Shown in pieces: positions 20,014-29,667 of a stretch of DNA of 64,000 nucleotides. A program made the translations under genes and the position numbers. How positions within the stretch are numbered: the first letter of the stretch is position 1; each line of letters begins with the position of its first letter. This stretch comes from an uncultured Verrucomicrobiae bacterium (lineage in GTDB: Bacteria > Verrucomicrobiota > Verrucomicrobiia > Chthoniobacterales > UBA10450): contig CAVSDR010000003.1 in assembly GCA_963726745.1 (NCBI GenBank), forward strand, positions 192,001-256,000, read 5' to 3'. Below the pieces are notes generated by a model. It did not search any database. It saw only the letters and a list, made by a program, of their open reading frames with translations, and was not told where the DNA came from.

Positions 20014-20841
20014 CTATTTCTTCTTGCTGTTCGTCTCCTGCACCAGCCGCTGCTGGCTTTGCCGCTGGGCGATCACAAAGTGATTGTTGTCGCCGTAGGA
20101 GCGCCACGGCCCGGGCGGGACATCACGCACCTCGACAAACTGCCAGTCGGTCACGTCCGTGCTCGAAAGGCCGAGGTAATCGCGCACTGCCGGGGAAACG
20201 TCGAGGCCGGCGCCGCGGTTCAGGTTCGGCTTCGGCCGTTCATTCTGGAAGACGTATTGGAAGTGATCGGTGCGAAACGGCCCGCAATCTTCCCACTGCG
20301 CGTAGCACACGCGGTTGCCCTTGCGCACCGCGAGCCAGCGGCCTTTGCAAACCGATTGCCCGGGCGCGGTGTAGGATTGCTTGAACCACGGGATGACCAG
20401 CGCCGCCTCCGGCTTGAACTGGCCGTGCGTGACGTCGTTATACGGCAGCGCGACGTAAAAGGGATTTTGGCGCGGGACGAAATTCACCGGGATGTAATTG
20501 CGCCGGCTGGAAGGATCGGGTGAATCATAGCCGCCGTAGTTTCCCACCCAGTTCGCGTCCCAGGAGCTCTTGTTGTTCGGCACCGGGTTGTTCTCCGTAG
20601 GCTGCTCGCCGATCCAGAAAACCGTGGTCACGATCCCGGTTTTCCACGGGTAACGCTGGGTGCTGGTCCGCGAGGTCGTGGGCACGAAAACCTGCGGCTC
20701 CACCTTCAGCATGGCCTGCTCGCGCAGCTTCATCGCGTACTTCGCGAAGTCGGCCGCGCTCTCGTAGGGCGACATCGATTGCCCTTCCACGGCCAGGGCG
20801 CTCCCGGCGAGCAGGAAAGTGAGGGCGAGGAGTCGTTTCAT
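20014..20841 (-). CDS. Secreted protein, possibly RlpA/DPBB-like
   Basis: Signal peptide; WEDCGPF and GLDVSPAV resemble the DxGP and DLS motifs of RlpA-like double-psi beta-barrels. Confidence 0.55.
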   Translation of the reverse strand: MKRLLALTFLLAGSALAVEGQSMSPYESAADFAKYAMKLREQAMLKVEPQVFVPTTSRTSTQRYPWKTGIVTTVFWIGEQPTENNPVPNNKSSWDANWVGNYGGYDSPDPSSRRNYIPVNFVPRQNPFYVALPYNDVTHGQFKPEAALVIPWFKQSYTAPGQSVCKGRWLAVRKGNRVCYAQWEDCGPFRTDHFQYVFQNERPKPNLNRGAGLDVSPAVRDYLGLSSTDVTDWQFVEVRDVPPGPWRSYGDNNHFVIAQRQSQQRLVQETNSKKK

Positions 20842-20963
20842 GGAGCGAATTGCCGGGCTTTAAGTATCCGAAAACAAGGGGGCGGGCAAGCGCCTTTCCC
20901 CTCGCGGAAACGCGGCCAAACCGCGCTTCCACACCTCGTCAAAGCAGCATCCATTCCACCGCT

Positions 20964-22562
20964 TCACATCCGGCTGAGACGCGTGTCGTTTTGGAAGCGT
21001 CGCTCATCCGGCTCCGGATAGTCGAGCGTGTAATGCAGCCCGCGGCTTTCCCGCCGACTAAGCGCCGAGTCGACGATCAAGGCCGCGACCGTCGCGAGGT
21101 TGCGCAATTCCAGCAGGTCGACCGTGATCTTGAAGTTCCAGTAAAATTCCCGGATCTCGCGCTGGAGATTCCGCAGCCGCGCGCTGGCCCGCTGCAGGCG
21201 CTTGGTCGTGCGCACGATGCCCACGTAATCCCACATCAGCCGCCGGATCTCGCCCCAGTTGTGGTAGATCACCACCAGCTCATCGACGTTCTGCACATCT
21301 CCCGGTTCCCACTGCGGCAGCACCACCTGGCGCATCAGGTGCGCGGGTGGTTGCTCGCGGAGCGCGGCCTCGAGCGCGCGATGCGCCACCACCAAGCCTT
21401 CGAGGAGGGAATTGCTCGCGAGCCGGTTCGCCCCATGCAAACCAGTGCAGCCGACCTCGCCCACGGCATACAAACCCGGGAGCGTAGTCGCGCCGTTCAC
21501 GTCCGTCTGGATCCCGCCGCACTGGTAGTGCGCCGCCGGCACCACCGGGATCGGCTGCTTCGTCATGTCGATGCCAAAACGCAGGCAGGTCTCGTAGATA
21601 TGCGGGAAACGCTCGCGCAAAAACTCCGGCGCCTGCTCCGTGATATCGAGGTAAACGCAGGGGTCGCCCGCGCGTTTGATCTCGCTGTCAATCGCGCGGG
21701 CCACGATATCGCGCGGCGCGAGCGAGCCGCGCGGGTCGTAGCGCTTCATGAAATCTTCCCCGCGACTGTTGCGCAAAATTCCGCCCTCGCCGCGGACCGC
21801 CTCCGAGATCAGGAACGACTTTGCCTCCGCGTGAAACAAACACGTCGGATGAAATTGGATGAACTCCATGTTCGCGATCGTCGCCCCCGCGCGCCAGGCC
21901 ATGGCCACGCCGTCGCCCGTCGCGATGTCGGGATTGGTCGTGTAGAGGTAAACCTTCCCGCAGCCGCCGGTGGCCAGGACCAGGCGATCCGTCCGGATGG
22001 TTTCCACCTCGGTGGATTTTTCATCGAGCACGTAAACGCCCAGGCAGCGATCCTCTGTCGCGAAGCCCAGCTTGCCCGCGGTGATCAAGTCCACCGCCAT
22101 GTGATGCTCGAAGAGCGTCACCCGCGGCGCCCGCGCGAGCTCACGCAGCAGAGTCTTCTCGATTTCCAACCCGGTCACGTCCTGCACATGCAGCACGCGG
22201 CGCTTTGAGTGGCCGCCTTCCCGCCCAAGATCGAGCTCCCGATGTCCCTCGACCGTCCGGCGATCGAACTCCATCCCCAGCTCGATCAGTTCGTTGATCC
22301 GCGCCGGTCCCTCGGTCACGATCGTGCGCACCGTCGCCTCGTCACATAATCCCGCGCCGGCGATCAAGGTGTCGCGCACATGCAACTCGAAGGAATCCTC
22401 CTCGCTGGTCACGCAAGCCACGCCGCCCTGCGCCCAGGCGGTGTTCGAGTCGGCGCCCTTGCGTTTCGTGAAGACTGCGACCGAGCCATGCTTCGCGGCC
22501 TTGAGCGCAAAAGTCAGCCCGGCGATCCCGCTGCCGATGACGACGAAATCAAACTCCTTCAT
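20964..22562 (-). CDS. nadB: L-aspartate oxidase
   Basis: GSGIAG, WAQGG, EGGHSKRR, EFIQFHPT, LAPRDIVARA, GLHGANRLASNSLLE, RESRGLH. Confidence 0.96.
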   Translation of the reverse strand: MKEFDFVVIGSGIAGLTFALKAAKHGSVAVFTKRKGADSNTAWAQGGVACVTSEEDSFELHVRDTLIAGAGLCDEATVRTIVTEGPARINELIELGMEFDRRTVEGHRELDLGREGGHSKRRVLHVQDVTGLEIEKTLLRELARAPRVTLFEHHMAVDLITAGKLGFATEDRCLGVYVLDEKSTEVETIRTDRLVLATGGCGKVYLYTTNPDIATGDGVAMAWRAGATIANMEFIQFHPTCLFHAEAKSFLISEAVRGEGGILRNSRGEDFMKRYDPRGSLAPRDIVARAIDSEIKRAGDPCVYLDITEQAPEFLRERFPHIYETCLRFGIDMTKQPIPVVPAAHYQCGGIQTDVNGATTLPGLYAVGEVGCTGLHGANRLASNSLLEGLVVAHRALEAALREQPPAHLMRQVVLPQWEPGDVQNVDELVVIYHNWGEIRRLMWDYVGIVRTTKRLQRASARLRNLQREIREFYWNFKITVDLLELRNLATVAALIVDSALSRRESRGLHYTLDYPEPDERRFQNDTRLSRM

Positions 22563-23392
22563 GGCAAACGCAGATTGTCGATCAGCCGAGTCTGGCCAAA
22601 GCGCACCGCCAGCGCGAGCAGCGAGTTCGCTTCCACGCGACTGCGCGGCGCAAGCGTTTCCGCATCCACCACGGCCACGTAATCAATCCGCGCCGCGGGC
22701 TGCGTCTCGATCCGCGAACGGATTTTTGCGATGAGGTTGTCGGCTATTTTTTCACCGCTCGCGGCCGCTTCCATGAGCGCGATGCGCAACACCGGCGCCT
22801 GCGCTCGTTCCTCCGCGCTCAGGTATTTATTGCGCGAGCTGCAGGCCAGGCCATCGGCTTCGCGCACCGTCGGCGCGCCGATGATCTCGATCGGGAAATC
22901 GAGGTCGCGCACCATTCGCCGGATGATCGCAAGCTGCTGCCAGTCCTTCTCACCAAAGACCGCCGCGTGCGGCCCGAGCAGGTGAAACAACTTCGCCACC
23001 ACCGTGCAGACCCCGCGGAAATGCCCCGGCCGCGAAGCTCCTTCGAGCACCAGTGAAAGCGCTGTCTCTTCCACGTAAGCCGAGCGCTCGTCGAGATACA
23101 TCTCGCCCGGCCGCGGCCGGAAAAGCACGTCCACCCCAGCCGCGCGGCATAACTCTTCGTCCGCCTCCTGCGGGCGCGGATAACGCTCGAAATCCGAGCC
23201 CGGCTCGAACTGCAGCGGGTTCACAAAAATGCTCGCCGCCAGCTCGCCGTCGGCGCCTGCGAGTTCGCGGCCGAGGCGCAGCAGCTCCGCATGCCCGCGG
23301 TGGAGCGCACCCATCGTCGGCACAAGCACACGGCGCGCGCGGCTCTGCGCGGCATAGGCGTGCGCCTCTTTCACAGTCTCGATGATTTGCAT
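22559..23392 (-). CDS. panC: Pantoate--beta-alanine ligase
   Basis: PTMGALHRGH, SIFVNPLQF, RPGHFRGV, FGEKD, GLACSSRN, RLIDN; start MQIIETV overlaps nothing upstream, and the stop overlaps the nadB start. Confidence 0.95.
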   Translation of the reverse strand: MQIIETVKEAHAYAAQSRARRVLVPTMGALHRGHAELLRLGRELAGADGELAASIFVNPLQFEPGSDFERYPRPQEADEELCRAAGVDVLFRPRPGEMYLDERSAYVEETALSLVLEGASRPGHFRGVCTVVAKLFHLLGPHAAVFGEKDWQQLAIIRRMVRDLDFPIEIIGAPTVREADGLACSSRNKYLSAEERAQAPVLRIALMEAAASGEKIADNLIAKIRSRIETQPAARIDYVAVVDAETLAPRSRVEANSLLALAVRFGQTRLIDNLRLP

Positions 23393-23394
23393 GC

Positions 23395-24094
23395 TCAAGT
23401 CTTCTCCAGCCAGATCGCCTGGCGCGCCCAGCGGAATTTCCCCGCGCCAAAACTTCCGCCAGCCGGCCTTCTCCGCGAGCGCGCGGAGCTCCGCAAAGCT
23501 AAACGCCCGCGCCGCGGAAACGCGGCCATCTTCCCGCGTCATCCGGTCGCGAAAGATCAGGGCCGTTAGCAAATAAACGCCCACGTGCGCGAGCCAGCCG
23601 CGCCGAAGATCCGTCACCAGGACAAAGTGCCGGCTAATTTCCCGACATCTTCGCAGGAGCGCGACCGCGTCCTCGTCGCTGAAGTGGTGCAGCGCGAGCG
23701 AGCAGATCACCAGGTCGAAGGAGCCCTTCGCGCCAAACGTCAGCACATCCGCCTGCTCGCAGGTGATCTCCGGATAATCGCCGCTTAAGGCCTGCGCGGT
23801 CGCGAGCGTTCGTGGCTGGAAATCGACCGCTACGATCTCGACCTCGGCTCCGACCTGGCGTGCAAAATCCGCCACCAGCCGCGGAATATCGGCCGAGCCT
23901 GTCGCCAGATCCGCCACCCGCCAGCGATCCCCCGGCCGCAGCCAGCGGCGGAGAAATTTCTCCACCATCCGGTGGCTGCCGAACCAGCGATTGAGCGCGC
24001 GCAGGCTCCGGAGCGCGGCCGCCAATTCCGCCGCGGAGGCGTCCGGCCGGTCCATCAATTCCGGCTCCCCGGAGGCAAACTCCCGCCGGCTCAT
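23395..24094 (-). CDS. Class I SAM-dependent methyltransferase; +1 frameshift near 23450 artificially fuses it to panC
   Basis: EPELMD, ADLATGSAD, FDLVICSLALHHF; removing one T from a T4 run restores ...FRWARQAIWLEKT* just before the panC ATG. Confidence 0.8.
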
Positions 24095-24102
24095 CTTGCT
24101 GC

Positions 24103-24849
24103 CTAACGAGCGAGAAAACGGCTCCACGATTCCGGCAGCGGCGCGCTTTCCACCTCGGCCGCGATCCGGCCTTCGAACTCCGGGTGAAAGGAAACGCTCG
24201 TCCCGTAAACCATGATCAGATCTTCCGAGCCTTCCGCGCGCAGCGCATGCGCCACGCCTGCGGGAATGACCACGCCGCAGTTGTTCGGACCGCGATGGTT
24301 GTCGCCCTCGATCAGGAAACGCATCGTCCGCGGCGGCAGGCCCGCGCGCGCCTCCTGCAGGATCATCTCCGCGTTTCCCTGCACGAAAAACATCACGTCC
24401 CACTGCTCCCGATCGTAGGGACGCGCCGCAAAATCTTCCGGCGCGCGCACGAAGAGTTCCTCGAACCATTGCGCTGCCTCTTTCCCTTCCGGGATGTGCG
24501 GCGGATGCACATGGAAGCCTTTTGCGGTCTGGGCAAACATCCGCGCGGTGGCCCACTGCGCCGGCCAAAAGCCGATCTTCGCCAGCAACCCTTCGTCGCG
24601 CCGCGCAAACTCCCCGAAGAAGCCGCGATGCCGCTGCGGATAAATCGCGCGCGCGAAAAGCTCCACCCCGGGAATCCAGGCCGCGCGCACTTCCGGCGTG
24701 TTCCGGTCCGCGGCCAGGAGCTTTCCAGCCTCGATCCCGGCGCCGCCGAGTTGCTCGGCCAGGCTGCCGCTGGCGTAGTCCCGCGTGGCCAGGGCGGCGC
24801 GCGCCTCCGCGGAGAGACCGGCCCAAAGGTTGTCGTCTGTTTTTTTCAT
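24103..24849 (-). CDS. RmlC-like cupin (dTDP-4-dehydrorhamnose 3,5-epimerase-like)
   Basis: RGFFGE, KGFHVH, VVIPAGVAHA cupin motifs; directly downstream of the GT2 gene. Confidence 0.7.
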   Translation of the reverse strand: MKKTDDNLWAGLSAEARAALATRDYASGSLAEQLGGAGIEAGKLLAADRNTPEVRAAWIPGVELFARAIYPQRHRGFFGEFARRDEGLLAKIGFWPAQWATARMFAQTAKGFHVHPPHIPEGKEAAQWFEELFVRAPEDFAARPYDREQWDVMFFVQGNAEMILQEARAGLPPRTMRFLIEGDNHRGPNNCGVVIPAGVAHALRAEGSEDLIMVYGTSVSFHPEFEGRIAAEVESAPLPESWSRFLAR

Positions 24850-24856
24850 CGAGGAA

Positions 24857-27289
24857 TCATCTGCCTAACGAGAAATCCGCCTGCTCGCGAGAAAGATTTG
24901 GATTGTAGTAGGGATCGCATGCGATCACCTCCGCCCAGCGCTCGCGCATCACCTCGGTCTCGCGCGCTTCCACGCTCCGCCGGCGCGTGGCCGACTCGTG
25001 ATGATAAAGCTTGGCGAAGGGCGTGTAGACCACCAGGTAACCCGCGCGCCAGAGCTTCAAACACAGGTCGACATCGTTGAAGGTCACGGGCAGGCGCGCT
25101 TCATCGAACCCGCCGACCGCCTCGAAGACTTCCCGCCGCGTGAGCAGGCACGCGCCCGTGACCGCGCAATAATTCCGCGTCACCTGAAGTTGCCGGCAAA
25201 CTCCCGGCTCCTCCGCGCCAAAGCCGCGAAAAGCATGCTGCGCGATTCCGCCCACGCCCAGGACCACGCCGGCATGCTGGATGGTCTCGTCCGGGTAAAG
25301 CAGGCGCGCGCCAACTGCGCCCACCTCGGGACGCTGGACATGCTGGACCATCGCATGGAGCCACTCGCCCTCGATCACCTCGACGTCGTTGTTCAGGAAA
25401 AGCAGCCACGGGCAATCCGTCTGCTCGACCGCGAAATTGTTGATCGCGGAAAAGTTAAAGGGCCCCGGGTAACGCAGGACGCGGTGCGGGGTGCGCGCGA
25501 AATACTCCTGCGCTTCGGCGGTGACGCTGTCGTTATCCACCAGCACGATCTCGTAGTTCTCGTAGCTGGTCTTCTCGACCACGCTTTCGACGCAGCGCGC
25601 CAGCAGCTCGATCTGGTCGCGCACCGGGATGATGATGCAAACCTTGCGCGCCTCGCGCACGTCGCGCTTCACCCGGTAGGCATGCGTGGGCCAGTCGACC
25701 GTCACGTGTCCGGCTACGCCAGTGCGCTGGAGATGTTCCTCGATTGCTTTCTTCCCGGCTTCGAGCGCGAGCGGCTTCCGCCGGATGTTATCCGAGGTCG
25801 AGGAAGCGCTCCGTCGCCAGTGGTAAAGCACCCGCGGGAGATGATGGATGCGCTGCGTCCGCTCCGTCACCCGCAGGAGCAAATCGTAATCCTGCGCGCC
25901 ATCGAACTCCGGCCGGAAGCCCCCCACTTCTTCGATCAAACGCCGCCGCAGCACCGTCAGGTGCACGATGTAGTTGTAGGAGAGAAAAAAATCCGGCGAC
26001 CAATCCGGCTTGAAGATCGGCGCCTCCGGTCCTTGCTCGGTCAGCTTGTCTTCATCGGAATAGACCAGGTCGATCTCCGGGTTTTCCGCGAGCGCCTGGA
26101 CCACGCGGAAAAGCGCATCCGGCTCGAGCAGGTCGTCATGGTCCAGGAGCGCGATCCACTCACCCTGCGCGAGCGCGAGCCCGCGATTCGAAGCCACGGA
26201 AATTCCCCCACCCGCGGGCAGTCGCTCGTGCCGAATGCGAGCGTCGCGCGCGGCGATCTGCGGCAGCGCCGCGATCGTTTGCTCGTTCGTCGAGCCGTCG
26301 TCAATCAAGAGCAACTCCCAGTTTTCGTAGGCCTGCGCGCGGACCGATTCCACCGCCGCCTCGAGCCACTCGACCGGCGTGTTGAAGACCGGAGTGAGAA
26401 TGCTGATCGTCGGCGCGCAGGCAAACTTCGCCGCTTCCGCGCGCATTTGCGCGAGCGCTTGCGCGGTCGGCTGCTGGCGTTGCAGCCACGCTTGATATGC
26501 ACTGGCGCTCGCCGTCTCAGTTTCCCGGCGGCGCGGCTTTGGCGGCGCATCGCCCTGGAGGCGTTTGCGCACTTCGCGGAAGAGCTTTTGCGGCAGTCGA
26601 TAGGGCGCAAGGATCACCTGGCCGACCTTGCGCTCGGGACATTTCCGCAGCGCCTGCTTCTCCTGCTTCAGCTGGCGGACGGTTTTCTTGGCCTCCTTCA
26701 AGGCGAGCACTTTTTCCTCCAGCTTCGCGATGTGGCGATCGGCCGCTTCCAGCTCCGACATCCGCGTGCGCAAGGTCCGCTCGAGCGCCCGCTGGCGCTG
26801 GCTGGCGCGCGCAATCGCCTGCTCGACCGAGGCGATCGCGGCGGAGCCATCGGCTTCCGGCCGCCGCACCAGCAAGAGCGCGCCCGCCTCGAACTCGCTC
26901 ACGTCGAAATCGTAATCCGGGACGAAGCCGAGCCGCTGGAATTGCTCGACCAAAGACGGCCGCTGGCGCGCGACCTCGGCCGCCGGGCCGGGGACGAGCA
27001 CGATGGTTTGCGCGGCGGCGGCCAGCGCGCGCACCGCCGCCTCCTCGCTCCCGACGTTCTTCGGGTAAAGCCAGATGAGAATGTCGGCTAACGAGTGGTG
27101 TCGGTTCTCCGGGAGGGCCTGGCGCAGGTCTGCCGGCTCCGCAAAGGTGGGCAGGCCCGCGAGGGGAATCTCCCCCGCTTCCGCCGGCCAGCCGACGACC
27201 GCAAGCCGCGCGCTCCCGAACTTGCCCGCGAGGAGACGCGCGAAATCCGAGCGGAGCGAATGACTCGGCGGCTGCAGCACGGGGGACAT
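24857..27289 (-). CDS. Multidomain glycosyltransferase: N-terminal domain, coiled coil and two GT2 domains
   Basis: SILTPVFNT/LIDDGS/LLDHDD and IIIPVRD/LVDNDS/FLNNDV, AVTGACL, NDVDLCL; coiled coil at about aa 155-215. Confidence 0.9.
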   Translation of the reverse strand: MSPVLQPPSHSLRSDFARLLAGKFGSARLAVVGWPAEAGEIPLAGLPTFAEPADLRQALPENRHHSLADILIWLYPKNVGSEEAAVRALAAAAQTIVLVPGPAAEVARQRPSLVEQFQRLGFVPDYDFDVSEFEAGALLLVRRPEADGSAAIASVEQAIARASQRQRALERTLRTRMSELEAADRHIAKLEEKVLALKEAKKTVRQLKQEKQALRKCPERKVGQVILAPYRLPQKLFREVRKRLQGDAPPKPRRRETETASASAYQAWLQRQQPTAQALAQMRAEAAKFACAPTISILTPVFNTPVEWLEAAVESVRAQAYENWELLLIDDGSTNEQTIAALPQIAARDARIRHERLPAGGGISVASNRGLALAQGEWIALLDHDDLLEPDALFRVVQALAENPEIDLVYSDEDKLTEQGPEAPIFKPDWSPDFFLSYNYIVHLTVLRRRLIEEVGGFRPEFDGAQDYDLLLRVTERTQRIHHLPRVLYHWRRSASSTSDNIRRKPLALEAGKKAIEEHLQRTGVAGHVTVDWPTHAYRVKRDVREARKVCIIIPVRDQIELLARCVESVVEKTSYENYEIVLVDNDSVTAEAQEYFARTPHRVLRYPGPFNFSAINNFAVEQTDCPWLLFLNNDVEVIEGEWLHAMVQHVQRPEVGAVGARLLYPDETIQHAGVVLGVGGIAQHAFRGFGAEEPGVCRQLQVTRNYCAVTGACLLTRREVFEAVGGFDEARLPVTFNDVDLCLKLWRAGYLVVYTPFAKLYHHESATRRRSVEARETEVMRERWAEVIACDPYYNPNLSREQADFSLGR

Positions 27290-27359
27290 TATATTGATTG
27301 AAGGGGCGCGCAGGCAAATTTACGGTGCCGCGCCCGCGCCCGCTGCGCCGGCCGCTCGC

Positions 27360-29240
27360 ATGCTCGACCTCGGCATCTACCTTTTCTACCGGCTCGTGAC
27401 CGGTCTCGTGAGCGCGCTCCCCCTGCGGTTTCTCTTCTCGTTAGGCCAATTCCTCGGCCTGCTCGCCTGGTTCGTCTCGGGGAAATATCGCCGCCTGGCG
27501 CAGCGCAATCTCCGCATCGCATTCCCTGCGGAAACAGCCGGCAACTTGCGCGCGCTCAGCCGCCAGCATTTCCAGCGTCTGGGCGCGAACCTCCTCTGCA
27601 GCGTCAAGCTCGGGACCATGCCGCTCGCGGAAGTCGCGGAGCGCGTCACCCTGGAAAATGCCGACGCTTTGCACGCGCCGCTGCGCGCCGGCCGCGGCGT
27701 CGTCCTGGCCCTGAGTCACTTCGGGAGCTGGGAACTTTTCGCGCAAATCTTTACCCACCACTTCGGCTACGCGCCCATCAGCACCGTCTTCCAGCCGCTC
27801 GCGAACCAGCGGATCGACGCCGATGTGCGGCAAAAGCGCAGCCGCTCCGGCGCGATCTTGTTCGACCGGCGCGACGGTTTCCAGAAGCCGATGGAATTGC
27901 TCCGGCGCGGCGGTTTGGTCGGCGTCCTTTGCGATCAACACGCCGGCGACCAGGGCCTTTGGACGCCGTTTTTCGGCCGGCTCGCTTCGACCACACCGCT
28001 GCCGGGATTGCTCGCGCGACGCACCGGCGCGGCCGTGATCGTGGCCGCGATTTACACCGAGACGCCGGGACGGTGGCGCATGGTTTTTGCGCCGCCGCTA
28101 AATGACGCCGGCGACTCCGTGGAGGCGATCACCGCAAAGGCGAATGCCGCGGTCGCGGAGCAAATCCGGCGCGCGCCGGCGGATTGGTTTTGGGTGCACA
28201 ATCGCTGGAAAACGCCGCGGCCAAATTTCCTCCTCGCGCGCTACAAACGCGGCGTCTATTTGCCGGCAGATTCTCCCGCGGAAACGTTGCAACCCTTCCG
28301 CATTCTGGTGCGCGCGAGCAACTGGCTGGGCGATTGCATCATCAGCGCGCCCGCGGTGCGCGCGCTCAAGCGCGGCCGTCCCGATGCCCACGTGACCGTA
28401 GCCGTGCCGGCCAAACTTGCGCCGGTCTGGCGGCTCATCCCGGAGGTCGACGAAGTCCTGCCGTTGCCCTCGAAAAGTTTGTGGGAAACGCGCCGGCTTT
28501 TCGCGCGGCAAAAGCCGTTCGACGTGGCCGTCTTGCTGCCAAATTCCCTCCGCGTCGCGCTCGAGGCCTGGGGCATTCCGCGCGTGGTCGGCTTCCGCGG
28601 GCACCGGCGCGCCTGGCTGCTCGACCAGATCGTCCCGCCGCGCGTGGTCGCCGGGCCGATCGAGCACCAGGTGCGGCATTACCTCCATCTGGCGCGCGAT
28701 CTCGGCGCGAAAACAGACAGCGCTTTGGATGCCAGGCCGCGCCGCCTAACGAGTGGTCGCCGGCTGGGCCTTTGTCCGGGCGCGGAATACGGCCCGGCGA
28801 AGCGCTGGCTCCCGGAGCGTTTCGCAGAAGTGGCGGCGGCTTTCCCGGATCGAGAGTGGATCCTTTTCGGCACCGAGAAGGACGCCAGGGCGGGCGCAGA
28901 AATAGCCAGCACTTTGGGCGCGCGCGCCGTCAACCGCATCGGCCAGACGACGCTCGAGGAGCTGATCGCGGAGCTGCAAGAATGCCGGCTCTTATTGACG
29001 AACGACACCGGCACGATGCATCTCGCGACGCTGCTCGGCGTGCCCGTGGTCGCGATTTTCGGCTCGACCGAGGACCGGCTCACCGGTCCGCTCGGCCCCG
29101 GAAATCTCGTCGTGCGCCATCACGTCGCCTGCAGCCCTTGTTTCCTGCGCGAGTGCCCGATCGATTTTCGCTGTATGACCGAGGTGACCGCGGAGGAAGT
29201 GATCGCCGCGGTGCGCGCGCAGCTCGCACTCCCGGAGTAA
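27360..29240 (+). CDS. Fused lipid A secondary acyltransferase (LpxL-like) and heptosyltransferase II (WaaF-like, GT9)
   Basis: HFGSWE, LCDQ and WFWVHNRWK (LpxL), then NWLGD, PGAEYGPAKRW and TNDTGTMHLA (GT9), in one uninterrupted frame. Confidence 0.88.
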   Translation: MLDLGIYLFYRLVTGLVSALPLRFLFSLGQFLGLLAWFVSGKYRRLAQRNLRIAFPAETAGNLRALSRQHFQRLGANLLCSVKLGTMPLAEVAERVTLENADALHAPLRAGRGVVLALSHFGSWELFAQIFTHHFGYAPISTVFQPLANQRIDADVRQKRSRSGAILFDRRDGFQKPMELLRRGGLVGVLCDQHAGDQGLWTPFFGRLASTTPLPGLLARRTGAAVIVAAIYTETPGRWRMVFAPPLNDAGDSVEAITAKANAAVAEQIRRAPADWFWVHNRWKTPRPNFLLARYKRGVYLPADSPAETLQPFRILVRASNWLGDCIISAPAVRALKRGRPDAHVTVAVPAKLAPVWRLIPEVDEVLPLPSKSLWETRRLFARQKPFDVAVLLPNSLRVALEAWGIPRVVGFRGHRRAWLLDQIVPPRVVAGPIEHQVRHYLHLARDLGAKTDSALDARPRRLTSGRRLGLCPGAEYGPAKRWLPERFAEVAAAFPDREWILFGTEKDARAGAEIASTLGARAVNRIGQTTLEELIAELQECRLLLTNDTGTMHLATLLGVPVVAIFGSTEDRLTGPLGPGNLVVRHHVACSPCFLRECPIDFRCMTEVTAEEVIAAVRAQLALPE

Positions 29241-29241
29241 G

Positions 29242-29661
29242 ATGGAGGCGATGAAGTCCGAGACGCCGCGCATTCGCACCGAGGTGCAGGTGATGTTTTT
29301 CGACACCGACTGCGCGGCCGTGGTGCACAACATCGCCTACCTGCGTTTCATCGAGACTGCGCGCACCTTGCTCGCGGAGCAGCTCGGGCTCGAGCTCGTG
29401 CAGATGGGCGAGGAGAAAAAATATCCGGTGGTTGTGCGCACCGAAATTGATTACCGCCGCCCCGCGAAATTAGGCGACAAGCTGGTGGTCGAAGGCTGGC
29501 TCGACCGGATGGAGCGGGTGCGCTTCTGGTGCGGCTTCCGCATCACCCGCCCGGCGGACGAGACGCTGATCGTCGAGTGCCGGCAAAGCCTGGCGATCGT
29601 CGAAATGCCCTCGGCGAAACTCCTGCGCCTCCCGGAGGATTGGGAAAAATTCCGCGCCTAA
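29242..29661 (+). CDS. Acyl-CoA thioesterase (4HBT/YbgC family)
   Basis: FFDTDCAAVVHNIAYLRFIETAR hotdog-fold motif. Confidence 0.9.
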   Translation: MEAMKSETPRIRTEVQVMFFDTDCAAVVHNIAYLRFIETARTLLAEQLGLELVQMGEEKKYPVVVRTEIDYRRPAKLGDKLVVEGWLDRMERVRFWCGFRITRPADETLIVECRQSLAIVEMPSAKLLRLPEDWEKFRA

Positions 29662-29667
29662 CGAACG

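Noticed and set aside
22559..24826. 755-aa ORF suggesting a methyltransferase-PanC fusion
   Set aside because: Its N-terminus is a shadow frame of the RmlC-like gene, and a one-base correction near 23450 gives the methyltransferase its own stop just before the panC ATG.
24998..27091. Long antisense or alternative-frame ORFs (also 20850..22208, 59469..60893, 7515..8600 and many others)
   Set aside because: Shadow ORFs opposite well-supported genes, with no recognisable motifs; expected at high GC.
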